DNA from: Balanoglossus misakiensis
Lineage: Eukaryota; Animalia; Hemichordata
NCBI GenBank assembly: GCA_040954595.2
Contig: CM082587.2
Coordinates: 2,447,000-2,510,999, forward strand
DNA: 64,000 nucleotides
Direction: 5' to 3'
Positions within the stretch are counted from its first letter, which is position 1; the number at the start of each line of letters is the position of its first letter. The position numbers and the translations under genes are program-made. The notes below the pieces were generated by a model. That model ran no database searches. It saw nothing but the letters and a program-made list of their open reading frames with translations, and had not been told where the DNA came from. This document shows, one piece after another, positions 63,001 to 64,000 of the stretch.

Positions 63001-64000
63001 CAGAAGTGAATTAGACGCAGGATGTCACGGCCGCTCGTTAACAACGAAACCGACCCTCTGACATTAAACTACGGTAGTCAAAGGACATGCTGTGTTTCTC
63101 ATTTAAAATACACTGCCAGGCGGTTTTTGTCAGCCAGGCAGATTTAAATGTCATATTTTTATTATCTAATATATGGTACTTTTTTTTTTCATTTTTGCAT
63201 GTTTTCCGCGATTTACAATATGCAAAGAAAAAACACCAAATGTAATGATCACCAAAACTGACCCTAGGTTTGCTTTAGAAATTCGCACATAGCTAGTTAA
63301 AGTACGGTGTTGTTTTGCACAGAATAGCACTACATTATTAGTGAGCAGCAGCTTCCACCTCCGGCTTGAAATGCAAGAATGTTTTCCAACGGCAGATATG
63401 TCACAGTAATTGAATTTGTTCTTTTTTCCCAATGGGGACGTAGTGCTTTTTTGTACTTGTGTGTCTTTGGGTATGAATATGATCCCATACCCGGAATGGC
63501 GTGGCACTCTGCATGTCAACATTTGTGATACAAACATTTATTTTTTGGCGAAATGCTTTTTTTCGATCAGGAAGCCAAAGATGGACAACACAGCCACGGG
63601 GGTTAGTGTGATATGTTGAGTCAAAGACAATAATGAATGTAGACAGATCGTTAAAATCCAAATGCTATATGCTCATCAAAAAAGCCATGTTGAGTGCGCC
63701 TTATAGGCACATTGTTGTCGTTGACATTCTCAGCACGTTTCTTTGGACGTCCTTGGCCTTGGGTATTGGAGAAAATAACCGTATATAGGCCTACATAGTT
63801 ATTGTACTTCAACCATAACCAGACCCCTGTCCAGATCACAGAACGTCCAATTCATAATCATTATTCCCGATGACGCGTTTTATTTCACTGGAAATTACAA
63901 TAGTGTGCTTACATACGGTCGCTTGGATTTGTGGTGTCGCTGTTTTGAGCCTTGTTCTGTATAGGCATACAATTCAGCCCTGGAAAGTGGAAATCATCAG

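Overview
Eukaryotic, intron-rich invertebrate DNA. It is most likely an invertebrate deuterostome: the TTAA-flanked MITEs resemble repeats I recall from hemichordate genomes, which is an inference. The ORF track is mostly noise or single exons, so I assembled genes by reading GT-AG splice sites and checking phase. Order: first coding exon of a probable WD40 gene (-, 47-118), SLC35F3/F4-like transporter (+), RABGAP1 (+, 20 coding exons, 1098 aa), MGST1/PTGES-like MAPEG gene (-), ABHD16A (+, 20 exons, 541 aa), a ~17 kb stretch with no recognisable coding sequence, a single-pass apextrin C-terminal (ApeC) domain protein gene (+, 391 aa) and an SLC16/MCT-family transporter (+, 510 aa). Most notable observations: (1) a receptor-like membrane-anchored ApeC protein that has lost the DxED motifs; (2) a RABGAP1/PTGES-like/ABHD16A cluster that looks like a proto-MHC segment, with a head-to-head lipid-mediator gene pair; (3) a candidate internal first exon giving a PTB-less RABGAP1; (4) a 143-bp intronic palindrome; (5) an SLC16 lacking the canonical TM1/TM8 charged residues. 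No prokaryotic-type system, CRISPR array, tRNA or rRNA was seen.
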